Source: Perkinsus olseni (lineage: Eukaryota). From it: 64,000 nt of DNA. The stretch is from assembly GCA_013115125.1 (NCBI GenBank), contig JABANN010000082.1, positions 1 to 64,000 of the forward strand, read 5' to 3'. The position numbers and the translations under genes were made by a program. Below the pieces are notes generated by a model that saw only the letters and a list, made by a program, of their open reading frames with translations, was not told the DNA's origin and searched no databases. Positions 25,266 to 39,855 of this stretch are shown piece after piece; positions within the stretch are counted from its first letter, which is position 1, and each line of letters begins with the position of its first letter.

Positions 25266-28200
25266 TTAGCCACGACGCTTCACTCTGAGTATCCTTCGAC
25301 CAGGCTTAGCAGCAGCTGGCTCCGCTCCGAATGGGTTAGGTGCCGATGATCCTATTGGCGCATGAATGAAGGATGAGCGACAAGCATGAGGTAGCCTACC
25401 AGATGGTTGCTGCTGCTGCTGTGTAGTTGTCGAAGAAGGCATCGAGAACGTTGCACCAGCAGCACCAAACATACCTCCACTACTGGCTCCACTACTACCA
25501 CCAGGAAGAGCTGTACCAAATATACTACCACCAGCAGCAGCGGTGGCATTGGGAGTGGCACCTGAGAGGCTGACTATAATAGAGAATGATGACAGAGGTT
25601 CATTACCGAAGATGGATGAAGATGATGATGATGATGATGACGTTGCTGCATTGTTACTAGTACTACTACTGCCGAACATGCTACTACCCGAGGGATTGCC
25701 AAAGACGGTAGAACCTGATGAGAAAATACTAATACGAGGATGGAGCAAGCTATTACCTTGGGACGGCTGCTGTTGTTGTTGGGTCGCAGCACCAAATGGC
25801 GAACTGCCGAACATACCACCAGCGCCACTACTCGCTTGCATCGCCGAGCCGAACGATGATGATGCTAGTGCACCTATGACGATGTAGAACCCCATGCTAT
25901 ACACGAACACCAACTACCTCCACTCGACTGCTGTTGGAAGATGCTACTGCCTCCAGTGGTTGTCGCAGGGGTAGTACCAGCAGAACTGCCGAATATTGAT
26001 GATGAAGACGAGGCAGCAGCTGCCGGACCACCGAAGAGTCCACCGCTACTCTGAGTGGTAGCAGCAGAAGGCACAGCGCCGAACATACTAGTACCTAGGA
26101 ATAATTATGTTGACGCACTGGTGTCGATGATAGCGGTGACTTACCGGTAGAAGAGGGAGCGGTTGTGCTTCCAGCAGGAGCAGCAGTGGAGCCGAAGATG
26201 CTACCAGGAGTAGCAGAACTACTACCAGCATTGCCAAAGATACTTCCACCACTACTGCTGGTAGTGCCCATGACAGCGGTTCCTGTTGGAGCAGCAGGGG
26301 TACCAAAGATACTTCCAGTGGATGCTGATGAGCCAGCATTGCCAAATATACTACCCCCACTAGAGGACGCTGTCTTATCGGGTGATGGTAGAGAGAAGAT
26401 GGAGGAGCCAGTAGTAGCAGTAGCATTGCCAAATATGGATGACGATGATGATGATGATGATGATGATGATGCTACAGCATCCGTAGCGGCAGCAGGTTTG
26501 GCGGTTGTAGGGCCGAATATACTACCACCTGAGTTGGAGCATCCAGACTAGTACTATTGATGTAGCTGCTTACCTTCATCCTTCTTGGATGTGGTAGCGA
26601 AGATGGTGGAAGCTGGCGTCGCACTGGTAGTTGACAGATTGCCGAAGATACTACCACCAGCGGCTGAGGAGGAGGATGATGAGCCAAAGATACTGGAAGA
26701 GGAAGCCGACCCAGTGGTAGTGCCGAATATACTGCCACCGGAGGTGGTACCTGAGGATGGAGCACAACAACTGTTAGGGGGCAGCACTCGGAGAACGAGC
26801 CGTACTACCACTCTTATTATCGCCACTGGTGCCACTGCCGAATATAGCGCTAGTACTGCCGAATATACTGCCACTACTGCTGCTAGCTGCTGCTGCTGCT
26901 GCCGGCGGCGGTGTACCGAAGATGCTGCCACCTGAGGACAGAGCGCTGTACTAGACTACTTCAATAACAACAACCCATCGACGGACCAGTAGGCTGTTGC
27001 TGCTGCTTGCCCTTCTTCTCTTCCTCGTTATCGCTCTCATCATCATCATCAGCATTGGGAGCAAAGCCATCATCATCGAAGAAGTCAGCATCACTAACCT
27101 GTCGTGAGTAGCATTAGTAATATCACCACACCCATAATGAGTAGCCTCACCTTGGTCGGATCGCCCCAGATAAACCCACCCTTCGGTGGCTCCGTTGCTG
27201 TAGCAGAGGCAGCAGCAGTAGCTGGTTTAGTATCCTTAGTCGACTCCTTCACAGGCTGAGTTGTTGGTGTGACCTCTACCACTTCATCATCCTCATCACT
27301 TTCGTCTGCTGGTCTAGTCCTCTTAGCCTTCTTATCAGGTGTCTCACTAGTCTTACCAGCCACATCAGCTGATGTTGACGATGCTACACCAGCAAAGAGA
27401 GATGCACCAGCAGCAGGACCGGTAGTAGCAGGGGTGGACGAAGAGAACAAGGAGGTCCCAGTAGATGGGAGGATGGACGATGTCGTGGTCTTCTCGAGTG
27501 GACCGGTGGCAGCATCAGCACTGCTGCTGCTAGCAGGAGGTTGCGACGGAGCACCAAAGATACTAGATACCGCAGCGCCCGATGAGGTAGCAGTCGAACC
27601 GCCGAAAAGGGCCGAGGACGATGATGGCGTCGTAGCGTTGCCAAAGATAGATCCTGTAGTGGTAGTATCAGCGGCGGCTGCGGCGGGCGTTGTCGAAGCC
27701 TTATTATCCTGAGGTATAAGCATTGGGTAGGGTAGGTGATCACCACACTCACCTCCGTCGGCTGGGGTGCTACTGTGGTCTTGAAAACACCGCTGTCTGT
27801 CTTCTTGGTCGCTGCGGTAGATGTCACCTTATCTTCTGCTGGCAGACCGAATAAAGGACCTACTACAGCTGATATCTATATAACATTATAACACTATTAC
27901 TATTGCTGCTCGGCTTATTGTTGTTGGTACTACTGCCGAATACAGGAGACTGCATGCCTGCTGGGAGGGCGGCCTTGGAAGCAGAGGGCAGTGCCGCCGC
28001 CGCTGGTGATGATGACGTAGGTGGTGCAGTGTCGACTACGGGCTGTTTGGTCGCTAATAATGCCGATAGACTCTTCATCCCTGTATGAGTCTCTGTAGTT
28101 GGGCGTAGGCCGCTGAGTGGTGGTCTACGGCGTCGTAGTGGCCTTGGTGGCCTGTACAGCTGCTGTTGCTGCATAGCCTGCTGGCCCTGTTGTGTAGCTG

Positions 28201-29623
28201 CTCCAGTCGCTGCTGCTGCTGCTGCCATACGATCCAGATTAGCCATTATATTACGTGATGTGGCCAAGGCCCTCTCCTGTGATGGAGTAGTAGATGATAA
28301 CATTGACGTGTATCTGCCACCACCACCAACAGCAATGATGGAGGGTGTCCAGATGGCCCGAATGACTACTACCTTGGTAATGTTGTCATTGGATAATGAT
28401 GCCTTTCCCTCCTACCGCTACCATACGGCAATGCTGCTGCCGGTGTAGTTAATGCTGTTGATGACGATACCCCAGCAAACCTGGAGCTACTGTTGGGTCC
28501 TAGCGTCATCCTCTTGGCAGGTAGCTGCTGATAAGAGCCCATCCCAGTAGTCCTCCGAGATCTATCATTATCATCGGTGTTATAGTAATCTTCACCAAAG
28601 ACCCCTGATGCTTCCCTCTCCGATGATGGTCTATTTCGTTTACGTAGAGTAAGACCTGAGGGTATTGAACCTTTAATGGTCGATAGGCACTCGAGGTGTA
28701 CGACAACAGCTAGTGTTCGGTATTACTACTTGACGACCCTCGTTGTTTAACAGGCGTCCGTTTGCTGTGGCTCAGTCGTGGTACCAATACTAAATCATCA
28801 TTATCAGCAGTTGATTCCGATGTTGCAGGTAGCAGGTCTGAGATGGTGGCTAACACTATCCTATCCTACTTGATCGATGTTGTACTAGAGTTTACTACCT
28901 CCATCATCATGGCGCCGGCGGTGTGTAGTGGCAGCGGAGTTCGAGGCGAATGGTTTGAAGTCGAATGTTGGGGAGGGTGACTCTTTGAACCGTGATGGGG
29001 CTGCCAATAGCACAGGATGGCGATGATGATGATAGTTGTGTTGATAATATATAGTACGGGACGGGGGCTCCTCCTCCTCCTGTACATCCTCTTCCTGCAC
29101 CTCATCGGAGATATCATCATCATCACTGTCCCCTTCATTAGTGTCGTGCTCTTGTCCACTTCTACGGAACACCGACTTAATAGCGGTAAAAGGACGTGTA
29201 GCAAGACCCACTATTCTACCAAACCTGAACATCATCATCACCAGCGGCAGCAGCAGCAGCATCCCTCCTTCTCGGATTACCATGTAGACTCCTTATCATC
29301 ACCATCCTCCTCACTGTGTGATGTATGGTTAGCAACAGCAGTCGTCTCTGGCCTGTTATACGGTGCTGTATGTAGTTGTGTGGTTGTTGTAGATCGGCGG
29401 CCACGGCGGCCGAGTGTACGTCTCGCCGATCGTGTTGGACCATGATGACCTCCTCCCTAATGCATATGATCATCATCATGCCCCATGGATATCCTCCCAT
29501 TACTACATAGTGTTCAGTATTCCTACTCCTGTTGCTGCTGCCAGTAGTAGTAGTAGTATGGCCACTTAGACGAGGTAGCCCCAGCTCCCGAGGGCCTGGG
29601 TACTCGTCCTCCTCGAACATCAT
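25266..29623 (-). CDS. FG-repeat nucleoporin, Nup1/Nup153-like nuclear basket type
   Basis: Dozens of SIFG/MFG/LFG repeats in S/T/A/G-rich spacers; C-terminus NPFGAEPAAAKPGRRILRVKRRG is a basic importin-binding-type tail. Confidence 0.8.
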
Positions 29624-29801
29624 ACTAGATGATCAACAATAACGCAACTACAATGCTGATGAGTAGTAGTAATACACCACTCAAATCGATCATTCGGGCG
29701 CGCCCGGCTGCGGTTTTGAGGTGATCTGCTGCTGCTGCTGACTCCTGGATGGTTAGTCCTGTTGTTGTAGATTGTAAATTACCGTTGCGTCCTCTTCCGC
29801 T

Positions 29802-30955
29802 ATGTCTGCATCTAAGTTGAATGATCAGTGGGATAGTGATTCTGATGATGACTGGGAGGCTGCTGATGCTGGACTAGATGATATTCAACAGAATGAGGAA
29901 GCTGCAGCTGAGAAGGCATTATCAACACCAGCACCACAGGTATGAATAATACACTGTCATACAGGTTATGTCATACAGTAACGATGACAGGTAGCTACTA
30001 CTAAGAAGGCTGCTAGCAAGCAGCAAGCGGCGGATAAGGGTAGTAGAAGATAGTTCGCCAACGCGGCACAGGTGACGCTGTTGACAGGTAGCGGTCCGAA
30101 GGTTACTACCACTACCAAGGAATTCGATGCTGATGATGTACCACTCGATGATCCTGTGGCGGAGAAGGCTCGTCAACAGCGCATGGTAGTAGTTGTAGTA
30201 GTAGTAATGGTGTATTATGATGGTAGTGTTGTAGATCGAGAAGGCTGATATGGAAAACATTTGCGATATGTTTGGCGTAGCAGCTCCCAGTGATGCCACT
30301 GATAATAATGGTGATGATAGGGTTATCATAATACTGTTAGTGTTGTTGGTAATTAACCTTACTGTAGGTGATGGATCGGAACACGTGAAGATACGCGAGA
30401 CAACTACTGTTGTGGAGAAGGATTCATTCGAGGAATTACAATTGAAGACTTTGAAGGATGTTGAACAGCTTAGTGAACGGTAATAGTAATGGTACGCGTA
30501 TTGCTTACGTTATTATGAATACCATCAGGTGTGTTGGCAAGCTGAATGATTGCCGCACTAAGGCAGCATGCTTCAACTTCATGCGTGATACCCTTAGAGG
30601 GATAGAAGGGAAATTGGATCAGGATGAGTGTACTAAGCTCATTAAAGAGTTGCAGACATTAGTAACATCAAAGAAGCAAGAGAAGGTAATACTAGCAACA
30701 ACAAGGCATGCCTGATATTGTAGTAGCGTTGGATGGTGTTTATTAGGCTGAGAAGGATAGGAACCGTAAGAAGCAGGCTACCGACGTATCACAAATGAAG
30801 AAGGGCGCTAAGGTCGATTATCAGGCTGAAATGGATATGATGTACTATTACTAGTTATACAGATGCCAGTCGTGGTGCTGCCACTGCCTTTTAGGTATGG
30901 TGATGGTTACGGTGAGTATGATGATGAATATGATGAGTATGCCGACTTCATGTAA
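29802..30955 (+). CDS. EIF3J: Eukaryotic translation initiation factor 3 subunit J
   Basis: Acidic WDSDSDDDWE N-terminus, LDDPVAEKARQQRM|IEKADMENICDMFG, C-terminus YDDEYDEYADFM*; about 7 short introns. Confidence 0.85.
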
Positions 30956-32050
30956 GGATAGTATCATCATAGGCAATGAACAGCATTAATGCTCATCATC
31001 CTCATGCTTCTCGACCACCAGCAGCAGCAGCAGCAGTCGTTACTGACCATTCCGGTTGCTATATCAGTCCTACGGGCTCTGTAGTAATATCGTCATAACA
31101 ATAATAGTCATACTTGAAGATGATAACAATAATATGGCCTACTAACCATTACCATTACCATTATCATCATCATCATACCCTTTCATCCATCAGCTATCAG
31201 TGTTACAGTTATCATAGGGGACCTCAGGGCAAATCCTCATTGTTTCCCAACTCGCATGCCTGTCAAGGGAGATAATACTAAATCGTCCCCTAATCGGAGT
31301 ATTATTCCCTTCCTTATACAAATCATCGGTGAGCCAGCCTATCTGTATACAACGCAGTCATCATCTAGTCTCTGTTACAGTATCGGCAGCACTGGTATAT
31401 TACTATAACCCATGCGATGTCCCTTGGGAAAGGAGGAGGGATTGCGGTTGGTCTGGTAGTAGTCTTGTTATTATTGCTCATCGTGCTGTGATCTGTTATT
31501 GTTGGCAACAGGTGTGAGCCGTACTAGATGTATACAAACAGGTAAATTAGAACTACCTGGGTATGAGGGTATCATTGAGATAGCTATGTAAGACTAGCAT
31601 CAGTAGTACGCAATACCGCCACAGTTTATCATAACAGATACGCCCTAGTGGCTCTCATAGCGAGCACGATGCTACATTATCTGTCGGGATTTCCAAGGAC
31701 ATCGCTCCTATTGTAGTACACCATCATCATCAGCTGTATGAGTAGGAGTGTGTAGTTACCACGCTATCGCCCTCTATGTGGTTCATCACCTGACTAGATG
31801 CTGTTATGATGGTGATGTTAGCGATAATGTACCACATTGTTATACAAGAGGGTGAGGGGAGGTGGTAGGAGCATCAATGATGATGGTGATGATGTTCACA
31901 GCTTTGAACATGGCATCATTCGTCTTTTTTCATTGTCACCATCATCGCCTCCATGATACTCCTCTAGCGATTGTTTCTATGGCTTCACTGCGTCTCGTTA
32001 TTTATTTCACTTCTCCATTGCTCTCCTTAACACCACAGCTGTCTACCATC

Positions 32051-33366
32051 ATGTCTATCGTAATGTGGCCATCATTCAGCATATGCCGCCCATCACTGGA
32101 AGCGGTAGTAGCCAGATTAGCTGCTGCGGCCGAACGCCATTGGAAAATCTCTCTGGGTATATACACTGTTATACTCATAGGGTCTGCATCCATCACTGGT
32201 CAATGGCTGCGTAGACGTGCTGCTAGGAAGCAGCTTGTATCCATGGTCAGGACATTACCTAAAGTGGATCTACATTGTCATCTACACGGATGTATCAGGA
32301 GATCCACTCTATCAGAGATGATTGTGGCTAAAGGCGGCGAGCCGATGAAAGGCAATGCCTCCTTCAAGAGTATATCATTGAAGGAGGCATTTAATCTATT
32401 CCATCTCATCTATGAAGTTATCACAGATTCCCTGGCACTTAGACGTATAATACGCGAGGCATTAGCGGACTGTTATGAAGATAATGTTATGTATCTCGAA
32501 TTACGTACTACCCCACGACCATTGAGTGACTTGCCTACTAGAAGGGATTATGTTGATATATTGGTCGAAGAGGTGGATAGATGGCAGCAACAGCAACAAC
32601 AAGAACCTATGAGGCAGCAACACAGGAGGAGAATGGATGTACGTTTGATATTGGGATTGGATAGAGCAGGACCTATCGAAGCAGCTGAGGAGACACTGAA
32701 GTTGGCTATAGCATGGAAGTCTCGACGACCTGATCTATTCGTGGGTATGGATTTAGCCGGCAATCCAGTCAAGGGTGACGCGAGAGACTTCATGTAGGGA
32801 GTAAAGTTGGGCAAGAGTTCGTCTAGGCCATTGGGTGGTGGTGGTGGTGGTGGCAGCGATCTTCTGTTTTCAGACCCCTCTTGGAGCGTGCCCGGTGCCA
32901 TGGTCTAAAGATTACAGTCCACACGGCTGAAGTACCTGACCGTGATGATGAGATCGATGCTGTACTGGCATTTAAACCGGACAGGTTGGGCCACGCCTTG
33001 TGGGTTACTGATGATCACAAGAATATCATCATGGAGAATAACCTTAGTATTGAAGTGTGCCCTACATCCAATAGATGTACTCTACAACTGAAGAGCCTAA
33101 CACAGCACCCTTGCATGCAGACATGGCTAAGTACAGCACATAAGGTTTGTATATGCACTGATGACAGTGGTGTGTTCTCATCGTCATTGAGTGATGAGAT
33201 CATCGAAGCTTGTCGGTCCTGGGGCCTGACTCAGCTTGATGCGGTTTTACTGCAGCTTAGGGCTGTTGACATGGCATTCTGTGATGAGGATTTGAAGAAG
33301 GAGTTGCGGGATAGAATTCATACGTATGCACTCCTGTGTGAGGGTGGCCGTGGCGGTCAGCGTTAG
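32051..33366 (+). CDS. ADAL: Adenosine deaminase-like protein (N6-methyl-AMP deaminase family)
   Basis: LPKVDLHCHLHG, YLELRTTPR, VGMDLAGNP, VHTAE, DRLGHA, IEVCPTSN, CTDDSGVF; intron 32794-32873. Confidence 0.85.
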
Positions 33367-34175
33367 TTTTATTAATCCAAGTCCTGTTGTGTTCACACAT
33401 GAGCCATGCATCAATCTCATCAATCATATGATGCTATGTACCCCGCCTATGACTCCTACGACAGAGGTTCAGGACAGAGGGGAGGATGTCCTCAATGATG
33501 TCGAGTAAACATCACAATTCCTGACCACCAGTCATACATATATCAGTTTCATAATACAGCACTACTGCGGATACTTCCATCGTATGGAGGTCACAGATCG
33601 TCAACACGATCGTGTGAGCTTTCGGCTGGTACTGCCCTCAGCTAGCAGTGATACGGTGTACTCTTGAAGTGAGTCAGATACCAAAGAACGACATCAATCG
33701 AGAGGTGGTAGCGGTCCTTCATCGCTCCCATTTCATCCTTCACAGTGATTCCTCGTCTACTTCTGATGGCGGCCCAGACGGCCTGCTGGGGCGGAGGTAT
33801 GCCAACCATTATACTACCACGTTGGATGTGCGAGTTCTAGGTTCGAAACGATCGAGCAGCTCTTGTCGGCTGTCATGGGAGCACATCACTTTGGGGAGAT
33901 GTTGAACTCGTTGATATCATCTCGTTTAGAGGGTTCGAACCTCTCACCGCGAGAGAGTGATCATTGACAACGGCTTTGATTACGTCATTCACCCATAGAC
34001 GGTATGCATCGGAGTCATGTTACCACGTATCTTCGGTGGTGATGATAGTATGTCCGCCATGTGCATGGTGATTAAAGTATGAATGAGAACGTTCCCTTAT
34101 GATGTGCATTGTAGTGTTGAAGCGTCTGACAGCCTTATATTCCAAATCATAATCAAAACCCAAGAGTCCCATCTG

Positions 34176-34856
34176 TCACAGAAACATATTATATATTACA
34201 TCCACCAAACGTTGCATCCCATCAGGCTTTTGATAAACCTTCAGCTTGGGTAGAGAATCTTTCAAACTACTGAGTACTGTCTCCAACTCCTCTGGACCAT
34301 CGGCCACAAGTGCATAAGGTCTCATGGCATTTGCCAACTCCTGTTGATGATTACCCATCAACGCCTTGTTGCACACAACACAAAGGATAGGCTTCCTTTC
34401 ATTGCCCCTCTCTCGAGATACCTATCATTAGTAGCTTAATACTCACGTTGTAGCCTGATGATGATAATGTACTACCTTTAAAGTATCCATAATACTACCA
34501 GCTCCTGCATGACTAATAACCAAGTCTGCCCGTTGTATATCATCATTTATACCTACTGAAACTACTTATTTATTCGAGGACTAGATACTACTACCCTCAG
34601 GCTTTAGTGAATACCCGTGTATAGCCATACCATCCATTGCTGCTGCTGCTGCTGCTGCTGCTGCCTGCTTCGCTTCCTCATACACCTTCAGGGTGCCAGC
34701 AGAGGAATTACCATACTGGATAACCACTTCTCTTGTCCCGAGCTTGTCATGCAGGAAGTCGAGAAAGTCAGGCTCGCAGACACTCTGCACAAGTGAGTCG
34801 AACTTGGTCGTACCCACCGTAACAAACACTCGTTGTAACGTGGATGAAGCATCCAT
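34176..34856 (-). CDS. ALG13: UDP-N-acetylglucosamine transferase subunit ALG13 (GT28 C-terminal)
   Basis: VFVTVGTTKFDSLV, VIQYG, ADLVISHAGAGS, NKALMGNHQQELA; 2 introns. Confidence 0.9.
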
Positions 34857-35039
34857 TGAAGAGAGAGTAGATCAACGAAAACCAGAGGAAAAACCCACGC
34901 AGCGTAACTGCTTAGCTCAACGACAACACTAAGGGGTAGACAGGAAAGCTATACTTTGTATATCTCTATTAATGATGCTGCTGATGACTATAATTATCAT
35001 AGGAATGAAAGGATGTACATGGTAGTCTGTGGTAGGCGG

Positions 35040-35819
35040 TATGATGCCGACTGTGTGTTAGTGGGGAATGCTAACTTCTGGAAGGCTCCGGCGGCGAGCA
35101 CTGGATTCCACAGGGAATCTACTGGTAGCTTGGCGATCCTGAAACAATCCACATTCCATGCAGCATGACAGATGACGGCTGCTCCACTACGCGTCAGCTA
35201 AAGACTTGCCATCCTCAAGTGCTCGTTTAACGGTACTTGGTATAAGCGTTGCTCGGCCTTGCTGGACTAGAGCTAGACCAGTTACTATATCGCGCACTTT
35301 GGGCCACCATATTGGGCCACACACGCATACCGAGTATAGACGTCTGCCACAACCGTTAGGGAACTCTAGCCGAATATACCTAAGTTGGATGGTATCGTCT
35401 AACCTACTGAGATAATAATAGGCTAGCCTTACTTAACCATGACTGGTTGATGTCTACGCATCTCCAGGACCTTAGGATTGTGAAGTGCTGGATTGCCACG
35501 ATTGAGATTACCAATACGAGGTATGGTCGCCTAGAAGGTTGAATGTTGTCACTGAGGACACCAGGAGGGAAGTGAGCTTACATATAGACCACCCGAATCC
35601 AAGAATGAAAAGTAGTCCACACCATTAACCGAATAGGTTGGATATACTCTACGACCAAAGTTACGATCCCACGGTGAGTACCTACCAGTAGTGGTATTGC
35701 CGTGATGACCTGCACTCAGAGGAGGTATACTACATGAACCCCACAACATCCACTAGTCTGGGTTCCTTCAGCTCGATATACAGCTTAGGGCGAGGCTCCC
35801 AGCCAGTCATATCATCAGT

Positions 35820-35862
<43 letters not shown>

Positions 35863-36558
35863 GAATCAAAGTCTAGATCCATTGTATTATCAGGGTCTGG
35901 TAGGAATGTGCTGGTGTCAACATCATTATGAACCTCTGGTATGGCATCATCGTATAACGACTGTAGCTGTGCACCAGTCAAAGGGACATCCCGAGTAACG
36001 ACCGCTTCGAAATGTCCTGAAAGTAGTAGTGCTATCCAACACTACTGGTCCAAACTACCCATCTCTACTATCACTACTACCTTTCTTCTGTTTTCTATCA
36101 TCGGCTTGCGTCCCTGATATTATATGACTGAATCCAACTATATCAGGCCTCAGTAGAGGCTTCCATGATGGTATGAATATCTTACCCTCATCATATGGCT
36201 GCTGCTGCCGCCTCTGAGAATTCCTCCCCCCTCCGAGTATCATATAGGCGACGGTAGAATCGGATGCCAGGGCGAAGTGCGCTCTAACCCCACTGCTGTC
36301 CGAGCTCCAATAAAACTCCGTTGCTGATGATGTTGCACTTGTTGAAGGGCCATTAGATGGCTGATGTTGGACACGCTCGGCATGATGTGATGTCATGCTG
36401 GTGACGATTAGAAAAAACTTTGATAGAGTATTAAAGTGCAAGGCTTGACCGAGCTCAGTAGCTGTGCTAGTGACTGAGGACTTAACGCAACATAGAGCTA
36501 TCGGCTCATCACCATTATCATCGTCAACACACTTTATCATCAGAGTCATTACCATCAT
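35040..36558 (-). CDS. Hypothetical protein with poly-Asp tract (multi-exon)
   Basis: ORFs 36055, 35730 and 35549 linked by intron-like gaps; no family recognised. Confidence 0.4.
35821..35862. repeat. (TCA)n microsatellite
   Basis: About 14 tandem tca units. Confidence 0.9.
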
Positions 36559-36949
36559 AATAATAGGCTGCTGATGAAAGCAGCAGCAGCAGTCGTAGCT
36601 AGAGCATAATGAAGATGATGTCGTAATGATGGTAGTGATGATGGCAGTATGGTGATGCTATTACTACTATCAAGTACTACTAATTACGACATGATACTCA
36701 TCAGCAATGGCTAACCTTGAAAAATTAGTAAATACAAAATGTAAGAGAATAAGCATACCCAGCGTCGTTCCCGATCGCCGAATGATGTAGCAGCAGCAGC
36801 GGTATTGCACTACTACCTACCAGTATCGGCCATACACCATACTGAGGGTATAGTTGAATTTATAAAGCATCGAGATAAAGAGGCAATGACCTTGTTATTC
36901 TTCTTGTTAATGATGAACATCCTGATGATCATGGTGGTGATGTCTACTA

Positions 36950-38314
<1,365 letters not shown>

Positions 38315-38997
38315 GATGATGGAGGCGGTGGTATGTTTTTAAAAAAGCTGATACTGCCAGTAAGTCCCTCAAGCCCCCTCCATTCACACCGGTACGTCTG
38401 TGTATTCCCTCATGGTAGCGTTGGAAGGTCAGAGATATCGTCAGACGATGTGTTGAGACGGCGCGAACATCGGCAGCACAAGAGACGGCGATGTTGGTGT
38501 TGTTGTTGTCTCGGGCTCACAACAATGACACAGCTACGCGACTCCTCCAAAAGTGTATAAGCTATCCTTGAGTAACACTTGTGGGATACTCCAGAGCTAG
38601 GGGGATACTTAGCGTATCCGAAGCATAAGCCCACGACCGTTCTTGGAATGGTAGATTCGTTTCGGGCATCGAGGCGGGCGAGTTAGTCCGTGACACGGGA
38701 TTGCGACGCGTAGCACCATCCCCACCCCTCTTGCTACTTATCGGAGTCCTTCTACTCATTGTGATGTCTCGTACCGGCTCTGCAGGCCTTACCATGGTTC
38801 ACAGTAATATAGGTCATTCAGTATTTCTAGTCCTGCGGTGCTCCAGAGTTACTCGGAGCAGTGGTGTTGAATAATCGCTTAAGCTACTAATACTTTCAGG
38901 TTTGTCTTCTTATTGTCCCTATTGACCAGCTATCACTCAGCTAATTCTACTACCGCCTTCATCATAGGAGTACTGTCGCCTTCATCACCATCACCCT

Positions 38998-39855
38998 ATG
39001 TCTCAGTATATAAGATTCTCAAGTGATGATCTCAAGGTTTTTGAGGCGGAGATATTGTATCGTGCCAAGACAATAGTATCCCGTTCAAGCTCACGTGATG
39101 CAGTAGCAGCAAGAGGGCAGGCTTTTGATGATGTTGCCAGTGAACTACGTAAGGCTAATGGTGATGTGTTCCGTACACCTAAGCAGGTTAGGACTAAATG
39201 GGCCTCTACCAGACAGAAGATTATGGCCTATTATAAGACTGGTAAGCTGCCACAATCCAAGTGTGAGGCTGAGCTTGTTCGTAACATGGCTGAGAGTCTA
39301 CGATCGTTATTGGAGCAACCACAGAGTATAAGTGATTCTACTAGTACTACGGCAGCATCATCATCAAGTGCAACTCCTTCCATTATTGGTGGTGGTGGAG
39401 GTATTACATCGTCAACACCGACCTCTCATATGCGTCGCACTAGTGCATGCCATGGTATCGGACGGCCGCCACCACCAGCAACGTCCTCAACCTCTCTGCC
39501 ATCCATTACTGGTGGTCGTTACTACCCTGCTGCTGTTGGGGATACTGGTGTAGCTGCCCCTCCCATCACACTTGAATCATCATCACCTGCTGCGTGTGGT
39601 AGTAGTATGGGGGAAGAGGATGGTATACAGTTGAATGATAATGGTAATAACAGACGACGGCGGCGGCAATCTCGAGAAGACGATGCTTCCCCTGATGAGG
39701 ATTTCCGTGATGACGATGATGTGGTACTACCAGCTAAGGTGAGGAAATTCTCTACTCCTACTGCTGATCGGGTTGGTGGTGTCGCCAGAGTCACCCCAGC
39801 AACGGGTAATAGCCGGTCCTATCCTCATCATCGTGTTATCCACAACGATCGTTAA
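38998..39855 (+). CDS. Myb/SANT-like (trihelix, Myb_DNA-bind_5-type) DNA-binding protein
   Basis: RFSSDDL...ARGQAFDDVASEL...RTPKQVRTKWASTRQK followed by a disordered tail. Confidence 0.65.
   Translation: MSQYIRFSSDDLKVFEAEILYRAKTIVSRSSSRDAVAARGQAFDDVASELRKANGDVFRTPKQVRTKWASTRQKIMAYYKTGKLPQSKCEAELVRNMAESLRSLLEQPQSISDSTSTTAASSSSATPSIIGGGGGITSSTPTSHMRRTSACHGIGRPPPPATSSTSLPSITGGRYYPAAVGDTGVAAPPITLESSSPAACGSSMGEEDGIQLNDNGNNRRRRRQSREDDASPDEDFRDDDDVVLPAKVRKFSTPTADRVGGVARVTPATGNSRSYPHHRVIHNDR

Noticed and set aside
31265-31325. Hairpin aagggagataatact/agtattattccctt followed by ACA (H/ACA-like)
   Set aside because: No H box or second hairpin; it overlaps a plausible minus-strand coding exon.
33670-33730. 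U3 snoRNA-like boxes on the minus strand (gagcgatgaag, ttgatgtcgttct, ctga)
   Set aside because: No box A upstream, and the segment reads equally well as an exon of a small spliced minus-strand gene, which I could not support firmly either.
33925-33950. tRNA T-arm-like agagggttcgaacctct
   Set aside because: No compatible acceptor stem, D-arm or A box on either strand.
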